DNA of 64,000 bases from a virus (IMGVR_UViG_2602041884_000001:1-64000), one strand, 5' to 3'. Shown: positions 45,328 through 54,543, counted from the first letter of the stretch. Notes: generated from the letters alone by a model not told the origin. Translations and numbers: made by a program.

Positions 45328-46958
45328 TACAGCGTGCCCTCCAATGCTTCACTGAGCTTCTCCATGAAGCTCGAATCCTGCGATCCCTTCGTGCCACCGC
45401 GAACGATGGTGTCGAATGAGAACTCTTTGTCTTTGATGATCTGCTCAACCCGATACTCGGCAGAGTTTTTAACCTGGTAGTCGAAGATCGTAATTGAACT
45501 GTGCTTCTCGGAGCCGACGCGGCGCATGCGACCGATGCACTGATCGTTCAATCCCGGCGAGAACTCCTTGCCAACGAACTGCCCGTGATTGGCAGCAGTC
45601 ATGTTGAGTCCAACGCCGATAGCCTTGATGATTCCGATAACCACAGCGCCGCCCTCGAGTGCTTCCCACTCCTTGACGACGCCCTGCCGCTTATCCTTCG
45701 ACACTCGGCCACTGATCTCGTAGATCGGCGTGCCCGGTCGCGCCACCTCGAGCCTGCGCTTGTAGCAGTCAATGACTTCCTTGAACTGCGTGAACACAAT
45801 CAGCTTGTGCCCGTTGTCGAGAATCTCTACTGCATCCTCGATAGCCAGGTCGAGCTTCGGCGACTCGTCCCAGCTAGGAACGAGCGTCGCGGTAGTCGAG
45901 CAAATCTGGCGCATACGAAGCTGGCGGACCATCGGCCACTCGAGTGCCTCTTCCTGCTCTTCGGTCATGGCGGGTACAAACTTTTGCAGCTTATGCTCGG
46001 TGGCGAGGTAGTTGTACATCTCGCGTGGTCGATCAACTAGCGAGACCAGTCGCCGTATGACGTTCACCTCGGGCAGGTCGATCACATTGTCGATCTCGCG
46101 ACGCAGCATAACCTGCGATAGGCGCGTGGTCAGCTGTCGAGGATTCTTGACAGACACAACCTGCTTGCCGTTGAAGCCGCCCAGTGAGCAGTACTTCGCA
46201 CGGAAACCAGCGAACGTCCCCCACTGGCCGGGGGTGACCCAGTCGAGTAGAGTCCACAGGTCGTCGACCTGGTTCGTCATCGGCGTGCCGGTCATCGCGA
46301 GTCTACGCGGCGCGGCGATCTGCGAGATGTTCTTGTAGGCGTTCGTCTCTTTGTTCTTGATGACATGAGCCTCGTCGGCGACGATGAAGTCGACGCCCAT
46401 TGAGTTGATTTGCTGAAGATGGTCCGCAAGAACTTCATAGTTGATAACGAGAATCTTGTGGTTGTCAATCTTCTTGAAGGTCTCGATCTGCTTGAAGCGG
46501 TCGATCACGTTGCCGGTCGGCACACAGTAGTCCAGGTACGTGAACTTCTCGATCTCGTCTGCCCAGTTCATACGGAGCGAAGCTGGAACAACTGCCACCA
46601 TAAAGCAGCGCTTCGACGGGTCCTTCTTGACGCTCATCCAGATGTGCATTCCGAATGTGAACAGCGCCTGAATGGTCTTGCCGAGACCCATCTCGTCGCC
46701 GAGGATTGCGCCTCGCTTGTTCTTGAGCCACTTGACGCCCTCTTCCTGGTATGGCTTGAGAACGATCTCTGGCTTGATCCAGTTGTCGAGCGAACCACGA
46801 CTCTTCGGAACGGTTATTGGTGGTGCTGTCATCGACTTCCTTCTCGACGTATCGGGAGGTACTGCAGACTTGGGGTCCAGTGTTGGCACACTCATGCCAA
46901 GTTCCGAGGCTCGACGGTTAATCGAGGCCGTAAGTTTTGACTCCAAGTCTGCTAGCAT
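45327..46958 (-). CDS. SNF2-family (SF2) helicase
   Basis: DEMGLGKT, DEAH, MTGTP..N, GVGLNM, QCIGRMRRVG. Confidence 0.92.
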   Translation of the reverse strand: MLADLESKLTASINRRASELGMSVPTLDPKSAVPPDTSRRKSMTAPPITVPKSRGSLDNWIKPEIVLKPYQEEGVKWLKNKRGAILGDEMGLGKTIQALFTFGMHIWMSVKKDPSKRCFMVAVVPASLRMNWADEIEKFTYLDYCVPTGNVIDRFKQIETFKKIDNHKILVINYEVLADHLQQINSMGVDFIVADEAHVIKNKETNAYKNISQIAAPRRLAMTGTPMTNQVDDLWTLLDWVTPGQWGTFAGFRAKYCSLGGFNGKQVVSVKNPRQLTTRLSQVMLRREIDNVIDLPEVNVIRRLVSLVDRPREMYNYLATEHKLQKFVPAMTEEQEEALEWPMVRQLRMRQICSTTATLVPSWDESPKLDLAIEDAVEILDNGHKLIVFTQFKEVIDCYKRRLEVARPGTPIYEISGRVSKDKRQGVVKEWEALEGGAVVIGIIKAIGVGLNMTAANHGQFVGKEFSPGLNDQCIGRMRRVGSEKHSSITIFDYQVKNSAEYRVEQIIKDKEFSFDTIVRGGTKGSQDSSFMEKLSEALEGTL

Positions 46959-46961
46959 CTC

Positions 46962-47564
46962 TTACCCCCACTTCTCTTTCATGATGCAGTTCGAGCATCC
47001 GCCCTTGCGGTTGATCGTCTCGATTGCATCCTTGAGTGTTCCGTATGGCATCTTGCACTTGCGGCACTGAACGCCCTCGTCCGAGTCGGACGTGCGCTCG
47101 AGATTGTAGTTGCCCATTGCGATGGACTGGTCGATCTCATCCTGGACTTTCTCCAGTTCAGTGTCTGCGGTCAGTGGGGCGATGCCACCTGACATTACCT
47201 CGTCTACGAGCTGCGGTACGGTCTTGATCTTCGCCTCGCCCTCGTCCTGGTTCGGCCCAATGTCGAGTCCGAGCGCCTCCTCGTACGTTCGACCATCGAC
47301 CATGAGTCCGCGTCGGAACAGTCGGCACCCGACCAGGATGCCCTTGTAGAGGTAGGCGTTGGCAGTTCCGCCGACGTTGGAGATCAGTTTCTCGATGTAG
47401 TCGAGCTGGTCGTTATCGAGGTCGTCGATGAATGCTGCGAACGAGGCAAGGTCCGCGTTGTGTTCTTGCTCTTGCTCGCGTGCGCGCAATTGGTACTCTT
47501 CCTGCTGCCAGGCGGTGTATTCCTTGGCCTGACGTACAGCTTCCGACATGTCGTCGTCGGTCAT
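46962..47564 (-). CDS. Hypothetical protein with C-terminal zinc finger
   Basis: CRKC...CSNC; SD AAGGGAG. Confidence 0.7.
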   Translation of the reverse strand: MTDDDMSEAVRQAKEYTAWQQEEYQLRAREQEQEHNADLASFAAFIDDLDNDQLDYIEKLISNVGGTANAYLYKGILVGCRLFRRGLMVDGRTYEEALGLDIGPNQDEGEAKIKTVPQLVDEVMSGGIAPLTADTELEKVQDEIDQSIAMGNYNLERTSDSDEGVQCRKCKMPYGTLKDAIETINRKGGCSNCIMKEKWG

Positions 47565-47583
47565 TGTGACTCCCTTCTTTGCA

Positions 47584-47621
47584 CAATTGAAGGGGCTGCG
47601 TCGGTGCAGCCCCTTCAATTG
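47584..47621. terminator. 16-bp hairpin downstream of the SSB-like gene
   Basis: CAATTGAAGGGGCTGC / GCAGCCCCTTCAATTG; no clear U tract. Confidence 0.55.
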
Positions 47622-47684
47622 CCTTGCTCCCCTTGCAACTCCGCTCTTTGGGTGGGTTATAGGAACCCTTTCAGGGGAAGACCC

Positions 47685-48731
47685 TTAGAACGGAGGCTCT
47701 TCGTCGTCATCGATGATGACTTCACCAGCCGCCTGTGGCGCCTTGACCTTGCCGACCGTGGAGAATACGGGCTCCTCCGGGGGCGGGGGCGGCGTGGGTG
47801 CCGCCGGTGTCGGAGCGGGCGTCTCCGTTGCAGCTGGGGTAGCGGACGGTGCCGGTGCCGGGGCGGATGCCCACGGGTCGGAACCGTCCACGACGTTGCC
47901 CTCGATGTCGCCCTCGGGGACCGAGGCTGCCGGATCGTCGTCCTCATCCTTGGGCATCGGAATCTGGCCGAGGAATGCCTGGGCGGACTTGAACGAGTCG
48001 AAGTAGTCCTGCCATGCGGCCTGATCGGTCTTGCCCACCTTGGTGAACTTCGGCGTGCAGTACTTCACACTGCCGCGACGGTTCGCATCGAGCTCCAGTC
48101 GAGTTGCAACCGTGAAGATCGGAGCCTTCTTGGTTGCAAACGGAGTCACGTACGCCCGTGCAGGCTTGATGCCCGAGCGTCGAATCGTCCACAGCGCAGG
48201 CACCCAGGTGTCCGGGTCCTCGGGGTCCTGGTAGAGGAGCGGGAAGGTCCACTCCTCGGAGCACCAAGGACGCTTGCCGGACGGGTCGGTGTTCCACTCC
48301 TTGAAGTGGCAACCCTTGCAGGCGATCGATGGAAGCGACTTCTGTCCGTCCGCGAGTTGCAGCGGGATTGCATCGCCCGGATTGTAGACCGACTGTGCGC
48401 CCCAGGGGAACTGCTTCGCCTCGGGCAGCTGTGGGTCCATGTTTGGGAAGCCCTCGCGAGTATTCGGCGACTTGCACAGGGGCGCATCCGCCTCGTTGCC
48501 TTCGCTGACCTCGCCCCACATGATGCGCGACTTGTGCAGTCCAAGGAGGACGACGACGAGACTGTCGAAGAGTTCCTCGGTCTGCGTGTTCTTGAACTTG
48601 CCCTCGATGTGATCGATACCGAGGCGCGGCATCGTGAGGTCACTGGTATCGAAGTCTTCGAGTCCAGTCTCGCCACCATCCCACTGAACGAGTTCGTTGC
48701 CCGTCGTCTGACTGGGCTGCAGAGATGTCAT
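47685..48731 (-). CDS. Putative ssDNA-binding protein
   Basis: Four-Cys core, Pro/Ala linker, acidic tail DDDEEPPF; own promoter; biased codons. Confidence 0.6.
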   Translation of the reverse strand: MTSLQPSQTTGNELVQWDGGETGLEDFDTSDLTMPRLGIDHIEGKFKNTQTEELFDSLVVVLLGLHKSRIMWGEVSEGNEADAPLCKSPNTREGFPNMDPQLPEAKQFPWGAQSVYNPGDAIPLQLADGQKSLPSIACKGCHFKEWNTDPSGKRPWCSEEWTFPLLYQDPEDPDTWVPALWTIRRSGIKPARAYVTPFATKKAPIFTVATRLELDANRRGSVKYCTPKFTKVGKTDQAAWQDYFDSFKSAQAFLGQIPMPKDEDDDPAASVPEGDIEGNVVDGSDPWASAPAPAPSATPAATETPAPTPAAPTPPPPPEEPVFSTVGKVKAPQAAGEVIIDDDEEPPF

Positions 48732-48821
48732 TTCTTGTTTGCTCCGTTCATGCGTTCTGAAGTCTTGGCTGTTTCGTGAGTTTTGCAGGTTTTGCACGTA
48801 CGCATTCGTTCGTACCCATAC

Positions 48822-48850
48822 ATATTAACACACATGGATTTGATTGTCAA
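48822..48850 (-). promoter_or_regulatory. SigA-type leftward promoter
   Basis: TTGACA, 17 nt ending TGTGTGT, TAATAT. Confidence 0.75.
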
Positions 48851-48864
48851 CCCCAAACTTTGGG

Positions 48865-49167
48865 CTACCTACCTTTCATCCTGACGTTACGTTGTTCAGT
48901 GAAGCGAATCTTCCGATATCGCATCCACGACTTGAACTCCATCTCGGCCACTCGCCATACCGGATTGTCGCCGGGCGCTGCTATGTTGACGGAAAGCAGT
49001 TTACCCTTCCTGGAGCCAATTGAGCGCCCGTAGAAGAAGATGATATTGCCCGTCAGATACTTCATCGAGACGTCGAGCATCTGCGCAATCTGATCCAACG
49101 AGAACAGAAACTCCCTGGCCGGAAGATTCACTTCCGACTCGATCGCGTCCTCGTCAAAGGAGTTCAT
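48865..49167 (-). CDS. Putative HTH DNA-binding protein
   Basis: FSLDQIAQMLDVS...WRV. Confidence 0.6.
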   Translation of the reverse strand: MNSFDEDAIESEVNLPAREFLFSLDQIAQMLDVSMKYLTGNIIFFYGRSIGSRKGKLLSVNIAAPGDNPVWRVAEMEFKSWMRYRKIRFTEQRNVRMKGR

Positions 49168-49502
49168 TCCTCGCGCACCTGATTGTAGTTCGCGGAGCGC
49201 ATCTTAAATGCATCCTTGCCGCCCGTTGGTACGCCAGTGAGATCACAGTTGGCGAACTCGAAGAAATACTCTGCCATCCAGGGGGCGAGGTTGACGCCGT
49301 ATCGCAGGTGTCCGTAGACCTCGAGCGATCGAGTGCTTTCGCGCTCGAGTCGTTCGAGCTCCTCCTTGATGATCGTCGGAGCTCCGTCCGCGCAGGAGAA
49401 GTCTTGCATGCGAGCGTAGACATAAGTCACGTCCGAGAATCGCTTGAGCTCTCGCTTCTTTGCTGATTCCACCGTGAGCATGTCGGTCTGTCCTTCTTGC
49501 AT
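49164..49502 (-). CDS. Hypothetical protein
   Basis: SD GGAGG; ATGA overlap. Confidence 0.65.
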   Translation of the reverse strand: MQEGQTDMLTVESAKKRELKRFSDVTYVYARMQDFSCADGAPTIIKEELERLERESTRSLEVYGHLRYGVNLAPWMAEYFFEFANCDLTGVPTGGKDAFKMRSANYNQVREE

Positions 49503-49507
49503 GGTGT

Positions 49508-49720
49508 CTACCTCCCCGTTCGCTTTCGCTTTGCGCGAGCCTTATCGCGCTTCTTCTGGCGTTCGACCTTCCTGATCTTATCCAGCTTCTCGGCCTTTTC
49601 GATCCGTTCGATGTAGTCACCCCAGGACTCATCCTCCGGAGCGTTCGCCTTGCTGGAGAGCTTCCAGTGGTCGTTGACGATCTGATTGTCTCGCATTACC
49701 TTTTGTTCCTCCTCTTGCAC
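49508..49720 (-). CDS. Small basic hypothetical protein
   Basis: Fills gap; start uncertain. Confidence 0.55.
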   Translation of the reverse strand: MQEEEQKVMRDNQIVNDHWKLSSKANAPEDESWGDYIERIEKAEKLDKIRKVERQKKRDKARAKRKRTGR

Positions 49721-50331
49721 GCCTCAAGTCCGTCGCGCATACCCTCGACCGTGAGGTGGGCGAAGTACAAAGGCTTGCGGTGAATCTTTGCGTAGCCGAT
49801 GGATTCCCAGCGATTAAAGACCGCGCCGATTGCGCCCGTGCTGGGCGGCGACTCTGGATTGATCTGCTCCGCTATGAACTGTGGAGTCAAGCGCTCGCTG
49901 AACTCCCCGTTCATAGACTTGATGCAGACCTGCTGCACTTCGAGTTCCAGCTGGCCTCGCTGCCGATAGCCGCTCGAGGTTTGTGTGAACTCGCGTACCG
50001 AAACCTTCACGCTTGGTACGATCTCTGAAGGTTGATCGATCGTTCTCGTTGTTGTAGTCACGCCGAGACTCTCGCCGTCCAGTTCGGGCGAGACGGAGAA
50101 GTACTCCGCGAACGAGGGGTGAATCACTGGCACGTAGTTGGGGTTCTGGTGAACCTGCCTCTCGGCTCCGGCCATCTCGTACATTCGGTTGAACTTTGCG
50201 TGACATGTGCATGTGCAGATCTCGAATGCCGTGCACACCTTCATGGGCTTGCCCGTGAAGGATACGGGAGCGGTCCCCTCGCAGCATCCCGTTCCGCAGA
50301 AGCCAGTCTTGTATGGCATCGCTCGACTCAC
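49696..50331 (-). CDS. Cys-rich N-terminus plus putative winged-helix domain
   Basis: FCGTGCCEG...C....CTCTCH; C-terminal TPQFIAEQI..PSTGAIGAVFNRWE. Confidence 0.65.
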   Translation of the reverse strand: MSRAMPYKTGFCGTGCCEGTAPVSFTGKPMKVCTAFEICTCTCHAKFNRMYEMAGAERQVHQNPNYVPVIHPSFAEYFSVSPELDGESLGVTTTTRTIDQPSEIVPSVKVSVREFTQTSSGYRQRGQLELEVQQVCIKSMNGEFSERLTPQFIAEQINPESPPSTGAIGAVFNRWESIGYAKIHRKPLYFAHLTVEGMRDGLEACKRRNKR

Positions 50332-50852
50332 TCCTCTCCATATGAACCGGCCTCGTCCGAAACGTCGACCTCTTTGTTGCTTGTATCTCGCGTCTGCACG
50401 ACGCGGTCCAGGTAGGAAGCCTCATCACTGTCGAGGCTGCATGTGTCTGGAAGCGTCTCGATCGTTTCGAGAAAGGCTGGCCCCTCCCTCTTCCAGACAA
50501 TGGGTGGCGGTCGGAAGCACCGGGGATAACTGGTGTCACCATCCTCGAGTGCAGCCTCTGCGTACTCGTCCCGCTCCCTTGATACCGGAGCGGCGAGCTC
50601 GAAAGCTGTATCGATCACACGCTTATGTGCGATCAGCTCTTCGTATGTTAGTGAAGACAGGTTAATGAAGTACCGCATCCTCCCGTCTTCAAAGTTAAGT
50701 CCTACGTCGTTTCCGGCTTCATGCTCAGCCTTTGCGACAGAGAGTGAAACCTTCTTCAGGTTTCCATCGGTCCACATTCTTCTCGTTGAGGAATATAGAC
50801 CCTTCTTTCTGGCCTTAACTGCCGGTTTGCTTTGTCCGCCGGGTACGCGCAA
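50328..50852 (-). CDS. Hypothetical protein
   Basis: Operon-packed ORF. Confidence 0.6.
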   Translation of the reverse strand: MRVPGGQSKPAVKARKKGLYSSTRRMWTDGNLKKVSLSVAKAEHEAGNDVGLNFEDGRMRYFINLSSLTYEELIAHKRVIDTAFELAAPVSRERDEYAEAALEDGDTSYPRCFRPPPIVWKREGPAFLETIETLPDTCSLDSDEASYLDRVVQTRDTSNKEVDVSDEAGSYGEE

Positions 50853-51060
50853 TTCTCATCCTTTCAGATCGTGGCATGTCCTTGGGGTAGTTGTAGCTCT
50901 CGTCCGCCCCGAGGCATTCTTCACACAGCCAGTCGACCGTGCGGGATCGAAAGACTGTGGTCTGATTTCCGATGCCAGCGAACAAAACCTTCTTCGAGGT
51001 GAGTTCGTCCCGGGCCTTGTCCTTTCCGCAGACTGTGCAAACGTACATGGGCTCTTTCAT
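50815..51060 (-). CDS. Small zinc-finger protein
   Basis: CTVC...LCEEC; SD AAAGG. Confidence 0.7.
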   Translation of the reverse strand: MKEPMYVCTVCGKDKARDELTSKKVLFAGIGNQTTVFRSRTVDWLCEECLGADESYNYPKDMPRSERMRIARTRRTKQTGS

Positions 51061-51075
51061 TACTTGCCTTTCTAA

Positions 51076-51939
51076 TCAGAATGGTGGTGGAGATGCACTG
51101 GAAAACATATCAATCATGTCCTTCTTTAGAACCACTGCGTCGTAGCAGTCTTTACAGAATCCGGTAGACGGAATGAATAGTCGATCGATTGTGAAGGACT
51201 CGGTATTTCGCGCGCCACTCTCGCACGCCTGGCACGACATATCGAAGCGACCGTCGTCAACACTGAAGACTCTGTCTAGAACGGAATCCATAGCCGATAC
51301 AAACATCTCGCCAAGCGCCTCTACCGTTGGTGGACTTTTCAGACTCCACACTCCAATATTGATTGGAACGAGTGCCTTCTGTCCGAAGGCATCGAGGCGA
51401 GAGTGGGACCTCATGTCCACCAGGGCCATCGTGGCGACGAGTTCGCACGTAGGTGATACTCGCGAGATGAAGATCACCTCGCGATGCCCAGGGGCGTACG
51501 GACTTTCTATTTTGCCCCAAGTTGTGGGATCCCCTGGGCCTCCGGAGTATAGGTGAGGCCACGCCAGTGGTAGCACAAAGTGACGCCGTGTCATCGATCC
51601 AACGCAAAGAGCATATCTAAAAATGACATTCATCTTGGCTTTACTGAACCAGCTCTCACTGTCCCACGAGAACCTCGTTCCCGAATTGCCAGACGTTGTA
51701 GACTCCCTAGTGACAACCGCATTCATAGCACAGCGCTGAAGGCGTATTTGGATAGAGGCAGAGTTCATTGACATGTATGTAATGGGATTCTGAATCCCAT
51801 TCTCTATCATAAAGTCGCCGTATGATCCCATTGCATCCCGCAGGGAGAGGGAATCTGATTGATCAGCCCAGGCAAACATCGGGGTCTCGATCTCGTTGAG
51901 CATGGTTATGCCATCTTGCATGCTGTTAGCCATCTTCAC
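51076..51939 (-). CDS. Hypothetical protein with C-terminal zinc finger
   Basis: CQAC...FCKDC; visibly lower GC. Confidence 0.65.
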   Translation of the reverse strand: MKMANSMQDGITMLNEIETPMFAWADQSDSLSLRDAMGSYGDFMIENGIQNPITYMSMNSASIQIRLQRCAMNAVVTRESTTSGNSGTRFSWDSESWFSKAKMNVIFRYALCVGSMTRRHFVLPLAWPHLYSGGPGDPTTWGKIESPYAPGHREVIFISRVSPTCELVATMALVDMRSHSRLDAFGQKALVPINIGVWSLKSPPTVEALGEMFVSAMDSVLDRVFSVDDGRFDMSCQACESGARNTESFTIDRLFIPSTGFCKDCYDAVVLKKDMIDMFSSASPPPF

Positions 51940-52270
51940 CCCCCTCCAGGTAGTCGAGGAGTCGTCCCGTCACTGGCGGATCGACCCGCTCTGCGTGCGT
52001 TCGTAGCTCCTTGCGATCAAGCATCCCCAGTCCCGCGAACACCTGGACGGCACGGTGGGTGGCCAGGTCCTTTGTGAAGCGACGAGAACCTCTGCGCTTT
52101 GGCGGCTCTGGCTTCTCGTCTGGCGCGGGGGACTTGACTACAGCTTTCGGCTCGGTCTTTGTTTGAGCTTTGGGCTTCGGCTTGGGCTTAGCCTTTGGCT
52201 TCGGCTTTGCCCCGTTGCAGATGCATGGCATCTCTTCGCAGAACATGCACGGGCCTAGAGCTTTAGCCAT
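51926..52270 (-). CDS. Hypothetical protein with Cys cluster and KP repeats
   Basis: CMFCEEMPCIC, KPKPKAKPKPKPK. Confidence 0.65.
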   Translation of the reverse strand: MAKALGPCMFCEEMPCICNGAKPKPKAKPKPKPKAQTKTEPKAVVKSPAPDEKPEPPKRRGSRRFTKDLATHRAVQVFAGLGMLDRKELRTHAERVDPPVTGRLLDYLEGGEDG

Positions 52271-52273
52271 AAC

Positions 52274-52537
52274 TTACTCCGGTAGCTGCCCAAGCATTGC
52301 TTGGCTGAAGTGTGTGGTTGCGTACGTTCCCAGTCCAACAGCCTCGGCTGTTGAACCTGCAAGAACCGCCGCCTGGTAGCGCTCGTCGTCCGTCTCGAGA
52401 CTCGAGAGCTTGATGGAGACGATTGCCGACGAGACGTGCCATCCGCTGCCTGCCTCGCTGATTGCGACAAGGTTCTCGATAGCCTCGACAACCTTCTGGA
52501 AAGCATTCTTCTCTTCTTCTGAAATACCCTCGTGCAT
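52274..52537 (-). CDS. Hypothetical protein
   Basis: ATG 52537 with SD AAGGAGG downstream of promoter. Confidence 0.7.
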   Translation of the reverse strand: MHEGISEEEKNAFQKVVEAIENLVAISEAGSGWHVSSAIVSIKLSSLETDDERYQAAVLAGSTAEAVGLGTYATTHFSQAMLGQLPE

Positions 52538-52559
52538 GCTACCTCCTTGCTGCCCATCG

Positions 52560-52588
52560 ATAGTACCACATCGGCGAGCTAATGTCAA
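52560..52588 (-). promoter_or_regulatory. SigA-type leftward promoter
   Basis: TTGACA, 17 nt ending ATGTGG, TACTAT. Confidence 0.8.
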
Positions 52589-52698
52589 ATGTTCTTCTTG
52601 CCTGTAGTGTAGGTCACTCGGGACTAGAAGTACCAGTCCGCGCCCAATACTCGCCTAGCGCGCAATCCCAAGTCGTTACCGCGAGTTCGACCCAGCTT

Positions 52699-53433
52699 CT
52701 ACAGCTTGGATTTCTCTGTCTCGAATTGCTCTTCGGAGATCTTTAGCATGCCCTGGATAACAGCGTCCGGCAGCCCCTGCTCGATCATTCCCTTCAGGTG
52801 CTCGCGATCCTCGTTCGACATGGCGCGAAACTTGCCAGTCTTGGGATCAGCCTTGGGGCCTCGCTTGATGGGCGCAGACTTGCGCGTAGCCTTGGGCTGC
52901 ACCTTTGTCGGCTCTGGCATGGGGTTGTGACCCTGAACGCCAGGCGTGGGCATGAAGTCGATCTCGCCCTTGTTCATTCGGTACCGCTTCAGAGACCACT
53001 TGCTTACCGCAGTGACGTCCTCGAAGTGTGGCCCAGAAATGATCTGCAGGGCAATCGCAATGCCCTGCGCCTGCCCCTGAAGTTTGAAGTAACCCTCGAG
53101 TTCCTCGGGACTCATCTCGTCGTTCTTGAATCGAGGACGCTGATCCATGAGCGCCTTGGTTACTCGATCCAGTTCGAGCCAGTACTGCTCAATTATGCTC
53201 GGCCCAACCGGCATGAATCCACCTCCGTCTGCGAGTAACATTCGAGTCTCTGTGTATGGACACAGGTCGTTTTCGTGGTGACGCTCTCGCTCGGATTCGG
53301 CACCGCTTTTTGTCTTGTGATACGTTGTCCATACACAGTGCGGATCACCGCAGGCGTATGTCCAATCGAGATGGCCCTCGTGATCGGGCTGGTTTACGGT
53401 CGGAAAAATCTCCGGCCAGGAGGCGTAAGTCAC
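52699..53433 (-). CDS. Hypothetical protein (Cys/His N-terminus, possible C-terminal HTH)
   Basis: CGDPHC...HH...CP; GLPDAVIQGMLKIS. Confidence 0.65.
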   Translation of the reverse strand: MTYASWPEIFPTVNQPDHEGHLDWTYACGDPHCVWTTYHKTKSGAESERERHHENDLCPYTETRMLLADGGGFMPVGPSIIEQYWLELDRVTKALMDQRPRFKNDEMSPEELEGYFKLQGQAQGIAIALQIISGPHFEDVTAVSKWSLKRYRMNKGEIDFMPTPGVQGHNPMPEPTKVQPKATRKSAPIKRGPKADPKTGKFRAMSNEDREHLKGMIEQGLPDAVIQGMLKISEEQFETEKSKL

Positions 53434-53576
53434 GGCTCATCCTCCGGGTCTGGCGGGAGTTCCTCCTTCTCCTCGTCGGTCAGTGGCACGTCGAACGGTA
53501 CGTACTGGAGCGCCTCTTCCCAGGGGTGAGGCTCGGGCCAGTCGGGCGGGCCGTAGTAATACGGAGGTCCGTACAT
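53430..53576 (-). CDS. Small Pro/acidic protein
   Basis: MYGPPYYYGPP...; TAATG and GTGA overlaps. Confidence 0.5.
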   Translation of the reverse strand: MYGPPYYYGPPDWPEPHPWEEALQYVPFDVPLTDEEKEELPPDPEDEP

Positions 53577-53833
53577 TACTCGCCGCCGTTCGTCCACGCA
53601 TCGAAGCGGTCGCCCCACTTGCACTTGACGCGCGAGCCGTCTTCGAGGACCAGGATCATGTGCTCGTTCTGGTACAGGTGCGACGCCTCGACGAGTGATT
53701 TGGTCTGGTAAACCTTGCCGTCGACTCCGACGTGATCGACTCGAACCATCATGCCCGGAAGGATTCGACGGGCCTGGCGAGTTCCGATGTAACTCATCTT
53801 GTTGACTCGACTTGACGTTAGTGTGTTGCTCAC
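53576..53833 (-). CDS. Hypothetical beta-rich (SH3-like) protein
   Basis: SD AGGAGG before GTG. Confidence 0.6.
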   Translation of the reverse strand: MSNTLTSSRVNKMSYIGTRQARRILPGMMVRVDHVGVDGKVYQTKSLVEASHLYQNEHMILVLEDGSRVKCKWGDRFDAWTNGGE

Positions 53834-53886
53834 GGTGTTACCTCCTGTGGTTATTCATACCAGACCCAGCTGGTACTACCTACTCT

Positions 53887-53932
53887 TTAAAAATCAGGCA
53901 CGAGCAGTGATCCATACTGCTCGTGCCTGATT
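53887..53932 (-). terminator. Intrinsic terminator
   Basis: 17-bp stem AATCAGGCACGAGCAGT / ACTGCTCGTGCCTGATT followed by a T run on the - strand. Confidence 0.75.
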
Positions 53933-54006
53933 GTTTCAGCCTGCCGGAGTTGTTGTTCTCCCGCTCAATCATTCCTCAATTAAGAATTGACTGAAGCTCC
54001 AGCAGA

Positions 54007-54429
54007 CTAGTCTTCGACTTCCTCGCTGGACTTCTCCGACTTCGAGGGCGGGTCAGCGTGGAAGTGCGACAGTGGCTCGTGATCGAGGCTGTCGTGGAAT
54101 GACAGCGCGGCTTCCGGCGTCATCGCGTTGATGTCGGCCAGGGAGTAGCCGTGGCGGTCGGCCAGGTGACGCTTCACTGTGTCGAGGTTGACGAGGTTAA
54201 GGCGTCGTGCCTTCATCTCAGCTTCGGCTTCCTGCGCCACTCGGATGTCTGCGATGTCCTCGGCCTTGATCAGGCTCAGGTTCGACTTGCCCTTCTCCTT
54301 GAAGGCGATCATCTTCTCGGCTCCGGAGGCCACTGTGCCTGTGACGTACTCCTCGGCACCCTGGATCAGGAGCTCCACCTTCTTGCCGTCGTAGTCGGTG
54401 AGCTCGAGTTCGGTGGCGGGTGCGGTCAT
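54007..54429 (-). CDS. Hypothetical protein (Sm/LSm-like N-terminus, His-rich C-terminus)
   Basis: Strong SD AGGAGG, own promoter and terminator, biased codons. Confidence 0.75.
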   Translation of the reverse strand: MTAPATELELTDYDGKKVELLIQGAEEYVTGTVASGAEKMIAFKEKGKSNLSLIKAEDIADIRVAQEAEAEMKARRLNLVNLDTVKRHLADRHGYSLADINAMTPEAALSFHDSLDHEPLSHFHADPPSKSEKSSEEVED

Positions 54430-54473
54430 TTTGAAATCCTCCTGTTTGTGGTGGTCAGTGACGGTTACCCGCC

Positions 54474-54529
54474 GTTACCCGTTCATGGTACCACACATGA
54501 CGATGCACGCGCAACACGAACGGGTAACG
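54474..54529 (-). promoter_or_regulatory. Leftward promoter flanked by a 12-bp inverted repeat
   Basis: TTGCGC, 18 nt ending TGTGTGG, TACCAT (54514-54485), between CGTTACCCGTTC and GAACGGGTAACG. Confidence 0.65.
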
Positions 54530-54543
54530 ACTTTGGGCGTACG

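Noticed and set aside
47460-48779. 439-aa + strand ORF
   Set aside because: Antisense to the SSB-like gene, which has its own promoter and biased codons
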